Shown here piece after piece: positions 1 to 12,880 of a stretch of DNA of 64,000 bases. The translations under genes were made by a program, and so were the position numbers. The notes beneath the pieces are model-generated. The model saw nothing but the letters and a program-made list of their open reading frames with translations, was not told the origin of the DNA and made no database searches. This DNA comes from Octopus sinensis. Lineage: Eukaryota. Every line of letters begins with the position of its first letter. Position 1 is the first letter of the stretch. The DNA is taken from the NCBI RefSeq assembly GCF_006345805.1, contig NC_043022.1, positions 21,824,001 through 21,888,000 on the forward strand, written 5' to 3'.

Positions 1-119
1 GCCTAGTACTTATTCTATCGGTCTCTTTTGCCGAACCGCTAAGTAATGGTGACGTAAACATACCAGCATCGGCTGTCAAGCGATGTTGGAGGGACAAACA
101 CAGACACACAAACACACAC

Positions 120-207
<88 letters not shown>

Positions 208-369
208 GACAGGCTTCTTTCAGTTTCCATCTACCAAATCCACTCACAAGGCTTTGGTCGGCCCGAGGCTATAGTAGAAGACACTTTCCCAAGGTGCCAC
301 GCAGTGGGACTGAACCCGGAACCGTGTGGTTGGTAAGCAGGCTACTTACCACACAGCCACTCCTGCGCC
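1..369 (-). mobile_element. tRNA-derived SINE family A with internal (TA)n
   Basis: Reverse of head ggcgcaggagtggctgtgtggtaag (A box) and ggttccgggttcagtccc (B box); same family recurs more than 15 times. Confidence 0.85.
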
Positions 370-851
370 TATATGTATATTTAATACACATGTGCGTGCA
401 CACACACACACGCACACACACACATGCCTGAGTTATCTGTACCAGTTTCTACCCATCAAATTCTACTCAAAACAATTTGGTCTACTTGGAAGACTATGAT
501 AGAAGATGCCTACTCAAGTTTCCACCATGCATTGAATGAAACTAGAGCCATATGGTTGGGGTGGTTTAGTGTACCTCTTAATCACACAAACTTGCTTGTA
601 CCAAACGATATGTATTTATCATTTGTTGATATTTTAAAACTTGTTTTTCCATCTTGTTTCAGTTCGATTATGCTCTGGCCTGGGGTAATTTGCAAATGTT
701 TGATTTCAACCACCGCCTGCTTAGTGATAAAGTGGGGCTTCATTTGTGGCCAATGCCTCAAGGCATGGATGAACTTCTCAATCCTATAGGAATACCAGGT
801 AAAAGCATTTCCCTTTCTCTGTTTTTCTTGGACTTTTCCCTTCTCAACCCT

Positions 852-1145
852 GCTATTGTCTAGAAGAAATTCTTGGCTTGGCTTGGCTTGGTTTGGCTCG
901 ACTTGGCTTGGCTTGTCTTGACTTGGCTTGACTTCATGCTCTTGCTTGACAGGGCTGGAGTCATTCCAAGTTAGGGGTCCCAGAGGCATCATCATGTGTA
1001 GAACCACCAGTACTCTCCATTGCTGGCAGTCCCATGCCAACGCCTCTGCATACCTCCAGATGGCATAAAGCCTCTGGAGATCTTCTCCAATCACATTCAG
1101 CCATCTGGTGTGGGGCCTGCCATAAGGCCTCTTCTGGCCTGCAGC
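852..1145 (-). mobile_element. LINE 3' fragment with (CAAGC)n-like tail
   Basis: Minus ORF contains RPYGRPHTRWLNVIGEDL, typical of a non-LTR ORF2 C-terminus, then a pentamer repeat at 874-915. Confidence 0.6.
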
Positions 1146-1429
1146 TGCTGTATTGAAAAATGTTAAAAGGTAGTTTGGCAATTCAGTTTCTTTTCTTTTT
1201 CTATTGTTGACACCTTTCTTAAGCTTCAGTGTTTCTCCCATATCAGTACAGTTGTCTCCCTTCTCTCCAGTCATTCCTATATATTGGTAGTCTTCTTTCT
1301 TTACCTGATAGTAATTTTCCACTTCGACTCTGCATAACAGCCAACATAACATCCATTTTTGCTAGGAATTTGCTTTGGACACAGTATCTGTTTCCTGACT
1401 CTGCTTTTTATCAATATAAACATGTAAGA

Positions 1430-1753
1430 CAACAATTGCAGCATGGAAGGTGTTTGTAAGTCATTTAAGAAACACACAAAAGCCATTCGATTCACTTCAA
1501 CATTTAAGTTTAATTTGTCAAAATATTTTTGTTGTTTTAAGACCGTGACCTGTTAGCACAGATTTTTGTCAGTGAACAGGTCACGGTCTTAAAGCGACGA
1601 AAATATTTTGACAAATTAAATTTAAATGTTGAAGTGAATCTAACGGTTTTTGTGTGTTTCTTAAATGGCTTATAAACACCTTCCATGCTGCAATTGTTTT
1701 TGTTTCAGCACACGATCTCAGATCAAATCACTTGCTATGCAAGTACATCTCCG
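1430..1753 (+). mobile_element. Penelope-like terminal repeat with 5' inverted duplication and 13-bp TSD
   Basis: 124-bp inverted arms 1431-1554/1575-1698; taaacatgtaaga at 1417-1429 and 1754-1766; a related copy at 50326-50870. Confidence 0.6.
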
Positions 1754-1844
1754 TAAACATGTAAGAGATCCCAAGGAAGGAATAAACTTAAAGAATATAT
1801 GTATGTGTGAAAATTTTCAACATGTGAGCATGTGTATGTATGTT

Positions 1845-2625
1845 TCATCATCATCATCATCATACGTCCATTGTCCATGCTGACATGGGTTGAACGGTTT
1901 GACCAGGGCTGATAAGCTGAGGGGCTGCACCAGACTCTAATCTTATTTGGCATGGTTTCTACGACTGGATGCCCTTCCTAATGCCAACCACTCCGAGAGT
2001 GTAATGGCTGCTTTTACATACCACCGGCACAGGTTCCAGTTGCATGACCCCAGTATCTGCCATGCCTATGATTTCACTTGGCTTGATAGGTCGTCTGTTC
2101 AAGCACAGCATATTGCCAAAGGTCCTGGTCATTTGTCATTGCCTCTGTGAGGTCAAGCACTTGAAAGGTGCTTTTTACCTGTCACTGACACAGATGCTAT
2201 TAATGCTACACCAGCATTGACCACATTGCCTCTGTGAGGCCCAACACTCAAAAGGTGCATTTTATGCGCCAGTTATGTAACACCGGCGTTGACCATGACT
2301 GTGATTTCACTTGGCTTGACGGGTCTTCTCAAGCACAGCATATTGCCAAAGGTCTATCTATATGTTTTTTTTTTTAATAATATACACCATCCGATTGTGG
2401 CCGTTTGCCAGCGTCGTCTGGCACCTGTGCCGGTGGCACGTAAAAAGCACCCACTACACTCATGGAGTTGTTGGTGTTAGGAAGGGCATCCAGCTGTAGA
2501 AACATTGCCAGATCATACTGGGCCTGGTGCAGCCTTCTGGCTTCCCAGACCCCAGTTGAACCGTCCAACCCATGCTAGCATGGAAAGCGGACGCTAAACG
2601 ATGATGATGATGATGATGATGATGA
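1845..2625. mobile_element. Two opposite-orientation copies of the RTE 3'UTR (GATGCCC, (GAT)n tail) family
   Basis: catcatcat...ggatgcccttcctaatgccaacc at 1845-2340 and its reverse at 2390-2625. Confidence 0.75.
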
Positions 2626-2733
2626 TACACCATATCATATTGAATATTTTAATATAAAGTAATTTTTGCCTCCTACTCTCCTTTTCTTCCTCTTCTCTGT
2701 TATGACGTACTTAATCTGTCGATTTCATTTCAG

Positions 2734-2876
2734 GTTCAAACCCAAACAAAGACTGTCCAAGTCTGGATATTGAATTTGACAAATTTTCCCATTCTGTAAC
2801 GTTTGATATGGAAAAATTTGATAGATATTCCAAACAGAACTCGTACGATGGTTACGTACAAGATGGCTATGTGGAT
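2734..2876 (+). CDS. PIK3CA: PI3K p110-alpha-like exon (end of C2/linker: GSNPNKDCPSLDIEFDKFSHSVTF...)
   Basis: tttcag acceptor, gtgagt donor; translation matches p110a GSNPNKETPCLELEF; starts in phase 1, so earlier exons are upstream of the window. Confidence 0.9.
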
Positions 2877-3759
2877 GTGAGTAGTTCTTTTATCTATTAA
2901 ACTGCTTTTGTTTTTAATTTGAGAAATGGAGAATGGTTGTATATGGAGTATTAGAATTTGGGCTTTATGTTTTCTTATTTGGTATTAACCCTTTAGCATT
3001 TACACCTGCTATCTCAGGCCCAAATAGTCTACCTTTCCTAAGTTAAAACTGACCAGATCCAACCTCTCTCACCTGGCCTACAGTGTCATTCTGAAAATAA
3101 GCAATTACATCAACGAAATCTTGAAGTTTTGAGATAATGCATTGTTAACTTAAAAATGTGAACAGATGTATGCCAATAATTGTTTCTAATAGACATGGAC
3201 ATACAGACAGCTCAAAAAAAATTATTCTTTCCTGACCTTTTTGCACCATTTCCATCATGAAATTTACAGGTAAGCTTAGTTACTCCCTTCAGAAACCACA
3301 TACCCAGATATGCTTAAAAGTTATCAACAAAAAAAAAAAATTCTCAAAATATTGCGGGGTACAAACACAAGACACACAAACATACGCACACACACATATA
3401 CATATACACGACAGGCTTCTTTCAGTTTCTGTCTGCCAAATCCATTCACAAGGCTTTGGTTGGCCCAAAGCTATAGTAGCAGACACTTGGCCAAGGTGCC
3501 ACGCAGTGGGACTGAACCCAGAAACATGTGGTTGGTAAGCAAGCTACTCACCACACAGCCACTCCTGCACCTATAAGATAAAATTTTTTTTTAAAAATTA
3601 CCTTAACTTTAACCTTTTAGTACTTAGATTATTCTCTCAACCGTTATAAATTTATATTGTTTGGAATTAATCAAGCATTATCTTGTTGCTTTGAGATTTT
3701 GATGTTGTGACTGTTTACTTTTAGAATTACGTGGGATAGATAGGAGAGGCCAGATTTGG

Positions 3760-4020
3760 TCAGTTTAAGCATAAAAAATGTGGAATAATTTGTTCGACCA
3801 CGGTCGAGACAATGGAATTTACTATGCTATGCCAGACTTCACGGTCCATAATAGCATTACGGAGGTCCTGGTGTTGGATGCCTGTATCCCTGGAGATTAC
3901 ATCAGGGTAGGAGAGTGTGCGCCCTCTGGTATCGCGAGTAGATGGCTTCCAGAGGAGAAGAGCAGAAATTACCTCGTTTTCAGCTCTACAACAATGTCCA
4001 GCAAACTGGACTCTTCTACC
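3760..4020 (-). mobile_element. RTE-like LINE 3' fragment
   Basis: RVQFAGHCCRAENEVISALLLWKP...GRTLSYPDVI; same family at 52666-52906 (+). Confidence 0.75.
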
Positions 4021-4413
4021 TTTCCTACCATAGAAAATCTGCCTCACCAAATTCTGTCTGATCCATGCTAGCATAGGTCAGATGATAAAATAAATGCTGA
4101 TTATGGAACCAGAATAAAATTTAGTTGATAGAACTTTCAGCAAAAGTATACTCTGTGACTTCTGAGCTGTTAGTTTCAACTGTAGTATGTGATTGTTTTA
4201 ATTTTTTTTTTTAACTATAATTTAGTCTCTTAGGGTAAAAAGAAGAAATAGGTTTTATTTTAAATTGTTTCTATTTTATTTTTTCTTTATGCCAGAATAA
4301 GCAAGTCATTACCTGTGAGAGGGGTCAGTTGTCTTGTGTGATCATAGTAAAATTTAGTTGAGAGAACTTTTTTGGTAAAAGTATAATCTGCAATCTGTTG
4401 GTTTCTATTCTAG

Positions 4414-4520
4414 TATATAAATCCGGATGCTAAACAGATGAAACAACTAGAAGAACTAGTCAGCCGAGATCCTTTATCTGAACTTTCAGAACAAGAGATG
4501 CTTTTTGTATGGCAACTAAG
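4414..4520 (+). CDS. PIK3CA: PI3K exon, start of helical domain (RDPLSELSEQE)
   Basis: tag/gtaagt boundaries; matches p110a RDPLSEITEQE (E542/E545 region); phases fit neighbouring exons. Confidence 0.95.
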
Positions 4521-5103
4521 GTAAGTCCGGTATCTTGTAACTTTACTTTTCATCCACCCAGAAGTCCATAAAATATGTACTAATCAGGTCTTGTGTATCA
4601 ATATAATATTCCTCTTCCCTGAATTCATGGCTTTGTGCTTGGTTGCGACCTGGTAGAATTATTAGAGCTCTAGAAAAAAAAAATGCTTTATGGTATTTGT
4701 TTTGGCTCTTTATATCTTGAGTTCAAATTTTGCTGAGTTCAAATTTCCTTTTTTGTCCCTTCAGGATTAATAAAATACAGTAACAGGTAGTTATTGGGTC
4801 AGTGTTATCAACTAATCCCGCCACATAAAATTTCTGGCCTTGTACCTGTATTAGAAACAATTATGATTTGCAGAATCATTAGAACATCTGATAAAATGCC
4901 ATGCAGTATTCTAGCTCTGGCAGAATCGTCATCACGCCAGGCAAAATGCTTACCAGCATTTCATCTATCTTTAGGGTCTGACTTCAAATTCTGCTGAGGT
5001 CAACTTTGCCTGTCATCCCTTTGGGGTCAATCCTCCAACCAAGCCTTTTGTGATACCCTTAAAGCCAGGAGCTTTTCAGCACACCCTCATGTTTATATAT
5101 ATA

Positions 5104-5147
<44 letters not shown>

Positions 5148-5148
5148 G

Positions 5149-5742
5149 GGCGAGGTGCTGAAAATTCCTGGTTTCGGGTAAAAGAAAATACAGGAGGATC
5201 AGTTAATTATGATTTTATTCAACATGTTCCCTTCTCAGATTCACACACTTATTGGAATGGTTATCCGAAGGTTGGGCCTTCAACCAGGCCTTTTGTGATA
5301 CCCTTAAAACCAAGAACTTAAATAATGATAATGAAATTATTGTATACAGTGCTCAGGTGCACCACAACTTGTCAGAAAGTGCGTATAAAGTATATGCAGT
5401 AATGTACAAATGTCTGGAAAGCGAAGAATGTATGAGTCAGATACATGCTTGTGTATGTATGGAGGGGAGAAAATCAGGTGTAGTGTTGGCGAATCTCAGG
5501 AAGCATGGAAGTTTTGAAGGATGCAGTGCTCCGACAACTAACAATTGATGCCGGCAGTTTGTTCCATGCTTCAGCAACACTTAGCGTGAAAAAATGTTTC
5601 CTAAAGTCATGGGAGCTGTGTTGTTTTCTGACTTTGTAAATATATCCACAGGTGTTAAACGGGTTGAGTTTGAAAAGGTGTTCAGAGTTATTGTTTGTAA
5701 GATGGTTCATAACTTTTCAGCACACCCTTGTATAGTCCCTCC
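5149..5742. mobile_element. mariner-type MITE interrupted by a CR1 3' fragment (5317-5710)
   Basis: gaggtgctgaaaattcctgg / aacttttcagcacaccctt termini; CR1 piece splits the right TIR with aactt duplicated. Confidence 0.65.
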
Positions 5743-5827
5743 CACGTTCCTTTTAACTAAAATCAACACCATACCTAATCAGTGGAAATGAATAATAATA
5801 ATTATTTATTTGTATCTTTTCTCTTAG

Positions 5828-5909
5828 AAACCATTGTGTACTGCTGCCACATTCCTTACCAAAACTGCTGAATTCTGTGAAATGGAATGATAGAAGTGAA
5901 GTGGCTGAG
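5828..5909 (+). CDS. PIK3CA: PI3K exon (NHCVLLPHSLPKLLNSVKWNDRSEVAE)
   Basis: tag acceptor, gtgtgt donor; 82 nt; homologous to LPKLLLSVKWNSRDEVAQ. Confidence 0.93.
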
Positions 5910-5919
5910 GTGTGTATCA

Positions 5920-6240
5920 GTATTTCCATTTCTCTCTACTTTTCTCACTTTCTGCCTACTTCTTATACTCTTTTTCTCTTTCATTCTGCATCATTTTCTC
6001 TCTTTTTTTCTTTACCACCTTATTTCTCTATCTTTCTCATTTTTTTTTGTCTGTCTTTATTTCTCTTTTTTCACCGTCCAACTGGATTACAACACTCTTC
6101 CCACTCTCTCCCTATCTCTCACTCCCTCTTTCTCTTCCCACTCTCTCTTTCCATACTCTTTCTCCTCTCTCTCTCTCTCTGTCTCTCTACTCCCTCCCTC
6201 CTCTCTCCTTCTCCTCCTCTCTGCCTCCATATCCCACCCA
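5920..6240. repeat. CT-rich polypyrimidine low-complexity tract
   Basis: (CT)n/(CCT)n-rich; explains the F/L/S-rich spurious ORFs. Confidence 0.85.
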
Positions 6241-6316
6241 CCACCCAAATGTGTCTGTGTGTGCCCTTGGTACATAGCTAGATAAAAACATAATCTATTT
6301 CCGTTTTTCCACCTAG

Positions 6317-6481
6317 GTTTACCGACTGTTACAAAAATGGCCAACTCTTTCACCAGAAGATGCTCTAGAGTTACTTGATTGTTCTTATATGGATACGAAT
6401 ATTCGGAACTTTGCTGTAGATTGCTTAGATAAAGGCTTAACTGATGATAAACTCTCCCAATATCTTTTACAAATTGTTCAG
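6317..6481 (+). CDS. PIK3CA: PI3K exon, helical domain (VYRLLQKWP...SQYLLQIVQ)
   Basis: tag/gtaaag; 165 nt, phase 0-0; homologous to [13 protein letters not shown]. Confidence 0.95.
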
Positions 6482-6761
6482 GTAAAGTAATTCCAAACTT
6501 TTTTATGCTGGTCAGCCATACATTACTCTATAGCACAATAGTTCTTTCTGATCTGTGCTTTAACAAAGCTGTCACAACTGTTGGACAGTGATGAAAGTGC
6601 TCGAGATATTTCCAGATTTAAAACAATCTTTGAAGAAAATACTTTGTGGTTATTTGGTCTGACATTTTGTCTCCAGCTCACATCCCAACTAGGCTGATTG
6701 CCTTTCAGCTTTCCAAAGTAAGTTTATCAGCCCTGGAGTCGACATTCTTTTGATCTCTTAT

Positions 6762-7156
6762 TCTTTTAATTGTTTCAGTCATTTCACAGCAGCCATGCTG
6801 GAGCACCACCTTTAGTCGAACAAATCGACCCCAGGACTTTTTTTTTTTGTAAGCCTAGTAGTACTTATTCTATCGGTCTCTTTTGCTGAACTGCAAAGTT
6901 ACGGGGACATAAACACACAAACATCAGTTGTCAGGCAATGGTGGGGGGACAAACACAAATAACAAAATAACACACACACTTACACATGCATACATATGAC
7001 AGGCTTCTTTCAGTTTCCGTCTACCAAATTCACTCACAAGGCTTTGGTCGGCCCAAGGCTATAGTAGAAGACACTTGCCCAAGGTACCACACAGTGGAGC
7101 TGAACCCGGAACCGTGTGGTTGGGAAGCAAGCTTCTTACCACACAGCCACTCCTGT
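6762..7156 (-). mobile_element. SINE family A
   Basis: Full body from tgtttcagtcattt to cagccactcctg. Confidence 0.85.
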
Positions 7157-7540
7157 GATATGACCAATTATATTCATGAAGGCAGAGCAGTCACTCAATT
7201 CAGAAGAAGAATATACATTCATTTCATTCGAAATTAGGGCTTCATTCCGTCTCTGTCCTAAATTCCCCATTTCTGCTTTTCTGCAGTGGACCTGTCTGCC
7301 AGCGCAGAATTGATAGTGGTGCTGGTGCCACATAAAAAGCACTTGTGCCAATGCCATGGTAAAAAGCACCCAATACAAGCAATGGAGTGGTTGGCATTAG
7401 GAAGGGCATCTAGCTGTAGAATCCCTTGCCAGAACAGTTAATGGAGCCTGGTGCGCCCCCACTCCGCCTTACCAGCTCCAGCCAAACTGTCCAACCCCTG
7501 TCAGCATGGAAAACATGTTAAATGATGATGATGAAATCCT

Positions 7541-7957
7541 GGATCTTTTCGGTTTGAATGGCAGTTTTTTCTAGCGGTGTCATATGAAATTGTCACCCAT
7601 AATTATGACCCTAGTATCGATCAATTGCATTTCAATCTGTTTTAGGGTTACGGTTAGGGGTGGGGGGAAGGGTATCTTTTTTTCTTCAGAAATGTAAATA
7701 GACCCAATCTGTTTCTTAAACGAGGGACATATTCATACGGCACAGAATGTTTTCACCTCAATAGACGTCATTGATTGGTTGAAATTGCAGAAATTGAAGA
7801 AAAAGAACAACAAATATCTTACAAACTATAGAATTTTCTCAATAAAGCCAGGAGAGAAAGATGTTTTATAAACACATTCTACCAGAATACGAAGTTTAAA
7901 AGTGTTTAGTTACGTGGAAATTATTTTAAAAAACTGCCGTTCAAACCGAAAAGATCC
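7541..7957 (+). mobile_element. GG-terminated MITE (Merlin-like), 8-bp TSD GAAATCCT
   Basis: TIR ggatcttttcggtttgaa.ggcagttttt / aaaaactgccgttcaaaccgaaaagatcc; TSD at 7533-7540 and 7958-7965. Confidence 0.85.
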
Positions 7958-7971
7958 GAAATCCTGAGTAG

Positions 7972-9375
7972 TAATAATAATAATAATAATAATAATAATT
8001 GTGTACAGTGCTCAGGTGCACTACAACTCATCTAAAGTGTATATATAATCAGGTGTAGTTTCGGCGGATTTCGGAAAGCATGAGGGCCTTAAAAGATGCA
8101 GTGTCATGGCAGTCAACAACTGACGCAGGCAGTTTATTCCATGCTTCAGCAACTCTGAGCGTGAAAAAATGTTTCCGAAAGTCATGGGAGCTGTATTGTT
8201 TTCTGACTTTGTAGGCATGTCCACATGTGTTAGACACATGGAGATCAAAAAGGTGTTCAGTGTTGTTGTTGGTGAGGTGGTTGATAACTTTGTGGGTGTT
8301 TACCAAGTCCGTCACCAAACGCCGGAGCTTCAGTGAATCCATGCCCAGGGAAACAAGGCGCTCAGAATATGGTAGGTGTCTGATGGAGGGTATGCGTTTG
8401 GTTGCACGTCTCTGGACAGATTCCAGGAGGTCAATGTTCTGTGCAAGATAGGGGTTCCAAACTGATGATGCGAATTCCAAGTGTGGTCGTACCATAGCTG
8501 TATACAGTTTTAAATAGATGGCTGGAGAGCGGCTAACAAAAGACCTGCTGAGTGATGCCAAGACACCCTCGGCCTTCCTGACAATCTTAGAGATATGCTT
8601 TGACCAACGCAAATCACTGCTGACAGTGATGCCTAGGTCACGCTCGCAAGAGGATTTCTTGATATCAGTGTTGTGGAGGGAGTATGTGAACGCAGGGTTT
8701 TTTCTCCCAAAATGCATGGTGGTACACTTGTCCACAGCCAGTTTCAGTTGCCAGTCTGTGATCCATTGCTGCATTGTGTCTAGGTCTGATTGCAGGAAAG
8801 AGTTGTAGACATCAGGATCTGTCCTCTTGATTTCAAGGTACAGCTTGATGTCGTCTGCATATTTCAATACTGTGGCATTCTTTAAATTGGCATCTATGTC
8901 GTTAATGTATGCCACAAACAAGAGGGGACCAAGGACAGATCCCTGTGGTACACCCGATGACATCTCATATGGTGTAGAGTGCTGTCCTAGAACTGTGACT
9001 ACCTCCTTTCGGCTGAGGATGAAGGATTTCAACCAGTTAAAAAGGTCATCCCCCACACCCATTGCAGAGAGTTTCACCATAAGCCTTTTGTGTGGCACAG
9101 AGTTGAAAGCCTTAGCAAAGTCAAGATAGACAACATCCACCCATGAGCCACTGTCAGTAATCTGAGTAATGTCCTCAAGGAACTCGACAAGCTGGTCACT
9201 GCAGCTGGAGTTAGGGACAAATCCATATTGTGAGGGTCGGATGAGACTGTGAGAGCTCCAGAAGTTCCAGAGTGTTTCTCTGACACACGATTCCATCAGT
9301 TTTGCAATACAGCTAGTGAGACTGACTGGGCGATAGTTGACAGGTGATGTGCGGTCGCCCTTTTTTTGGAGCAAG
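7972..9375 (-). mobile_element. 5'-truncated CR1-clade LINE with open RT ORF (8049-9410) and (ATT)n tail
   Basis: YRPVSLTS, QYGF, YLDFAKAFNSVPH, SGVPQGSVLGPLLF and YADD motifs; no stops over 453 aa. Confidence 0.93.
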
Positions 9376-9534
9376 GCCTCAGCTTCAAATAAATTTACGA
9401 ACTTCTGCATGTATTGAGGTTTTTTTTTCTTTCCATTGGTATATTTAAATACGTGTAGTCATCATCATCATACATTCATTTTCCATGCTGGCATAAGTTG
9501 AACAACTTGTTATGATCAAAGTTAATTACCCTGT

Positions 9535-9885
9535 TGTGCGTGTAAGCGGAAGTAGGGTATTGGTGTCGCTCACCTCTGTCTGTGTGTATTTGCAAAATTA
9601 CGGGAAAGCTGCTGAATGGATTTACATCAAATTTGGCAGAAGCATTCATTGGGTGAGTGGCTTGAACTCATTATTTTGGTTTGATTATTTTCAAAACTGG
9701 TGGATGGGTGAATCGAAATGTTCCTTCCTTTGTTTACGTTTGCATAAACGATAAGCAGGGGGAAATAACTCTCGATGTCATTTTGTTGAAATATGAATTC
9801 GGCTGAGAATATATTTATTTAATTAAATTTTATTTTATCCTTGTGTGTGTGGAGGGTATGCATCTCCCTTCTGATGCCTTTATTT
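9535..9885 (+). mobile_element. Helentron/HINE (DINE-1-like) non-autonomous element
   Basis: ttattaccct-like start, tctgtctgtg microsatellite, ggatttacatcaaatttgg core, 3' ggagggtatgcatctccc hairpin. Confidence 0.5.
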
Positions 9886-9887
9886 TA

Positions 9888-10108
9888 ATCCTTTATTAGC
9901 ATTTAAACCAGCCAGATCCAGCCCAAATATTATACCTATTTTATGTACAGACTAACCATATTCAGCTCCTCACACCTACCCTAGAACGTCATACTAAAAA
10001 CAAACAAGCACATCATCTCAACACAATAGGATAATTCACGATTAATTCAAAACAATGTGAATAAATAAGCATTACATTTGATAGAACAATCTGAATGCTG
10101 AGGGTTAA
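9888..10108. mobile_element. piggyBac-like MITE (TTAA-CCCT...AGGG-TTAA family)
   Basis: Same body as 13745-13967 and 19037-19262; ends aatgctgagggttaa. Confidence 0.7.
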
Positions 10109-10110
10109 AC

Positions 10111-10346
10111 CTGTGATTCTCAACCATTTTTTTGCCTATGGATCCCTTTGATTCGTGTTTCACTCTATTGGACCTCCATAGCCATTCAATGCATATTAAA
10201 AAAAAACATCCTACTATATTTTTTATTATTAAATATTAGGAATTATATAAAAAAATTTGTTGAAATATTTTGTGGATTCTAGAAGTATAAGCAATTTATT
10301 ACACATAAACAATAAAATCTTTACGGACCCTGGTTGAGAACCACTG
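10111..10346. mobile_element. hAT-type MITE
   Basis: TIR c(a)gtg(g)ttctcaacc / ggttgagaaccactg; 8-bp TSD ggttaaac/ggctaaac. Confidence 0.7.
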
Positions 10347-11004
10347 GGCTAAACATTTTTGAAAATGTCTAATAAAACGAAAACAGGACCCGAGTTATCT
10401 CTTGTGCCTGCTGAAATTATTTTAACAGTTTGGCACTTTGTTGGTTATGACGACGAGGGTTACAGTTGATCTGATCAACAGAGCAATTTGCCCTTAATGT
10501 AGTTCTCAGAGAGATTCAGTGTGACACATAATGTGACTAGGCTGGTCCTTTGACATGAAGGTCACAACTCATTTTTGCTAACTGAGTGGACTGGGGTAAC
10601 ATTAAATAAAGTGTCTTGCTCAAGGATACAATGCGCAACATGGGAATCAAACTCAGGACCTTAGGATTGCGAGTCAAATACCCTAACCACTAAGACATAT
10701 GCATTCATTATAATATAATTAAATTAAATTAATGTTTTTTACCTTTGTATATAAACATTTCTGTGTAAGTTTTTTTTGGTTTTCTTTACATTAAATATGT
10801 TAAGATTCAGGAATATCAAAGTTCAATGATGAACCTTTAGCATACTTCCATGTATGCATATATTTATTTTGAAGTTAATGTCCATATCAAGTCTTTTAGG
10901 ACATGATACTGCTGGGAGATGGCTTTTTTTTTTCCCTCAAAGTCCATCACCAATTATCTGAAAGACAACTTCATGCCATTGCTGATACACGTCCTAGTTG
11001 TCGT

Positions 11005-11832
<828 letters not shown>

Positions 11833-11898
11833 TAATATTCTTTTTATTTTTGAGACTATCCTTCTCATGGGAGTTGGTGGATCACAGAATTAGCAGAA

Positions 11899-12181
11899 TC
11901 TCTATATATATAAACAGCAAAATGTCTGTGTGCGTGTCCTTTATACAAATCCACAATTTTTCAGTTAGAGGGCTCACACTTTCTATGGTCATCCAAAAGC
12001 GTCCAGGGGTGGTCGTGCACATCTTTACATTTCCCCAGTCACCCCGCAAAGCCATTAAAAAATCAATAGAAGTGACTTTTTTGTGAATTTTCTATCCAAA
12101 ACCCAATCAAAATGCCCGAAACTTGATACGCCAATTGAATTCCAGCTAGCTGTATGTGATTGGTCGGAGTCATAGTGCTAG
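11899..12181 (+). mobile_element. Non-autonomous Helitron, internally deleted
   Basis: A|TC start and CTAG|T end; same family as 32000-32352 but missing the 3' hairpin. Confidence 0.75.
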
Positions 12182-12429
12182 TATTCAATGAAATACCTAG
12201 CATTATTGTGTGACATGTAAGGTGGTCAGCGGGCAGAATCATTACCACACCAGGCAGAATGCTTAGCAGTGTTTCATCCATCTTTTCGTTCTGAGTTCAA
12301 ATTCTGCTCTGGTTGACTTTGCCTTTCAGGAAATCAGCCAGTGGCCTGATCAAATATCTGTCTGATGAGCTCACAAGAAAACAGTACAGATACTTGTAAA
12401 TGCAAGATCTTTCTTTGGTGTGAAATGTG

Positions 12430-12880
12430 CGACCCAACATAGGTTAGTAGTTTGTGACTTCTAACTTAGATTTAAAAGGACTCAAAGAAACAAACCAGTC
12501 TAGAAAATGAAGATATGGAAGTGGAAAGACCCAGCAAATAGAAATTCAGAGAAATTCTAGTTGAAGCGTTAGAGATGTATTGCACAGAAAACGACTGGAA
12601 GTTCTAGCAAAGCAACCAAGGGCTACAAACCAAATCTGTTGATGGTGTAAAGTCCTGGCTAGACCAAGGGCAACGTTGGGGTGGAACAGTAAGATGAATA
12701 GAACTATAAAAGTGAAATGTTTGGCTTTGTTACATGGGGAGAATGGAGGCAGCGGAGAATTATATCAGGTAGCCAGAAGAGAAGCTAAGTGTTAGACATG
12801 CATTGCAAAGGGAGCGACAGAAAATGAGAAATTTGTCACTGTTGTACAGTGTGAGGATCAGAGGTGTGAGGTATATATAC
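12430..12880 (+). mobile_element. Decayed RTE ORF2 linker fragment
   Basis: Remnants such as ARPRATLGWNS and GELYQVARREA with stops. Confidence 0.5.

Noticed and set aside
582-1352. 256-aa minus-strand ORF
   Set aside because: Patchwork of intron DNA, a LINE C-terminal fragment and a pentamer repeat (KPSQ units); no coherent protein
5877-6353. Long F/L/S-rich and E/R-rich ORFs
   Set aside because: Products of a CT-rich tract; only the first codons (KWNDRSEVAE) belong to a real exon
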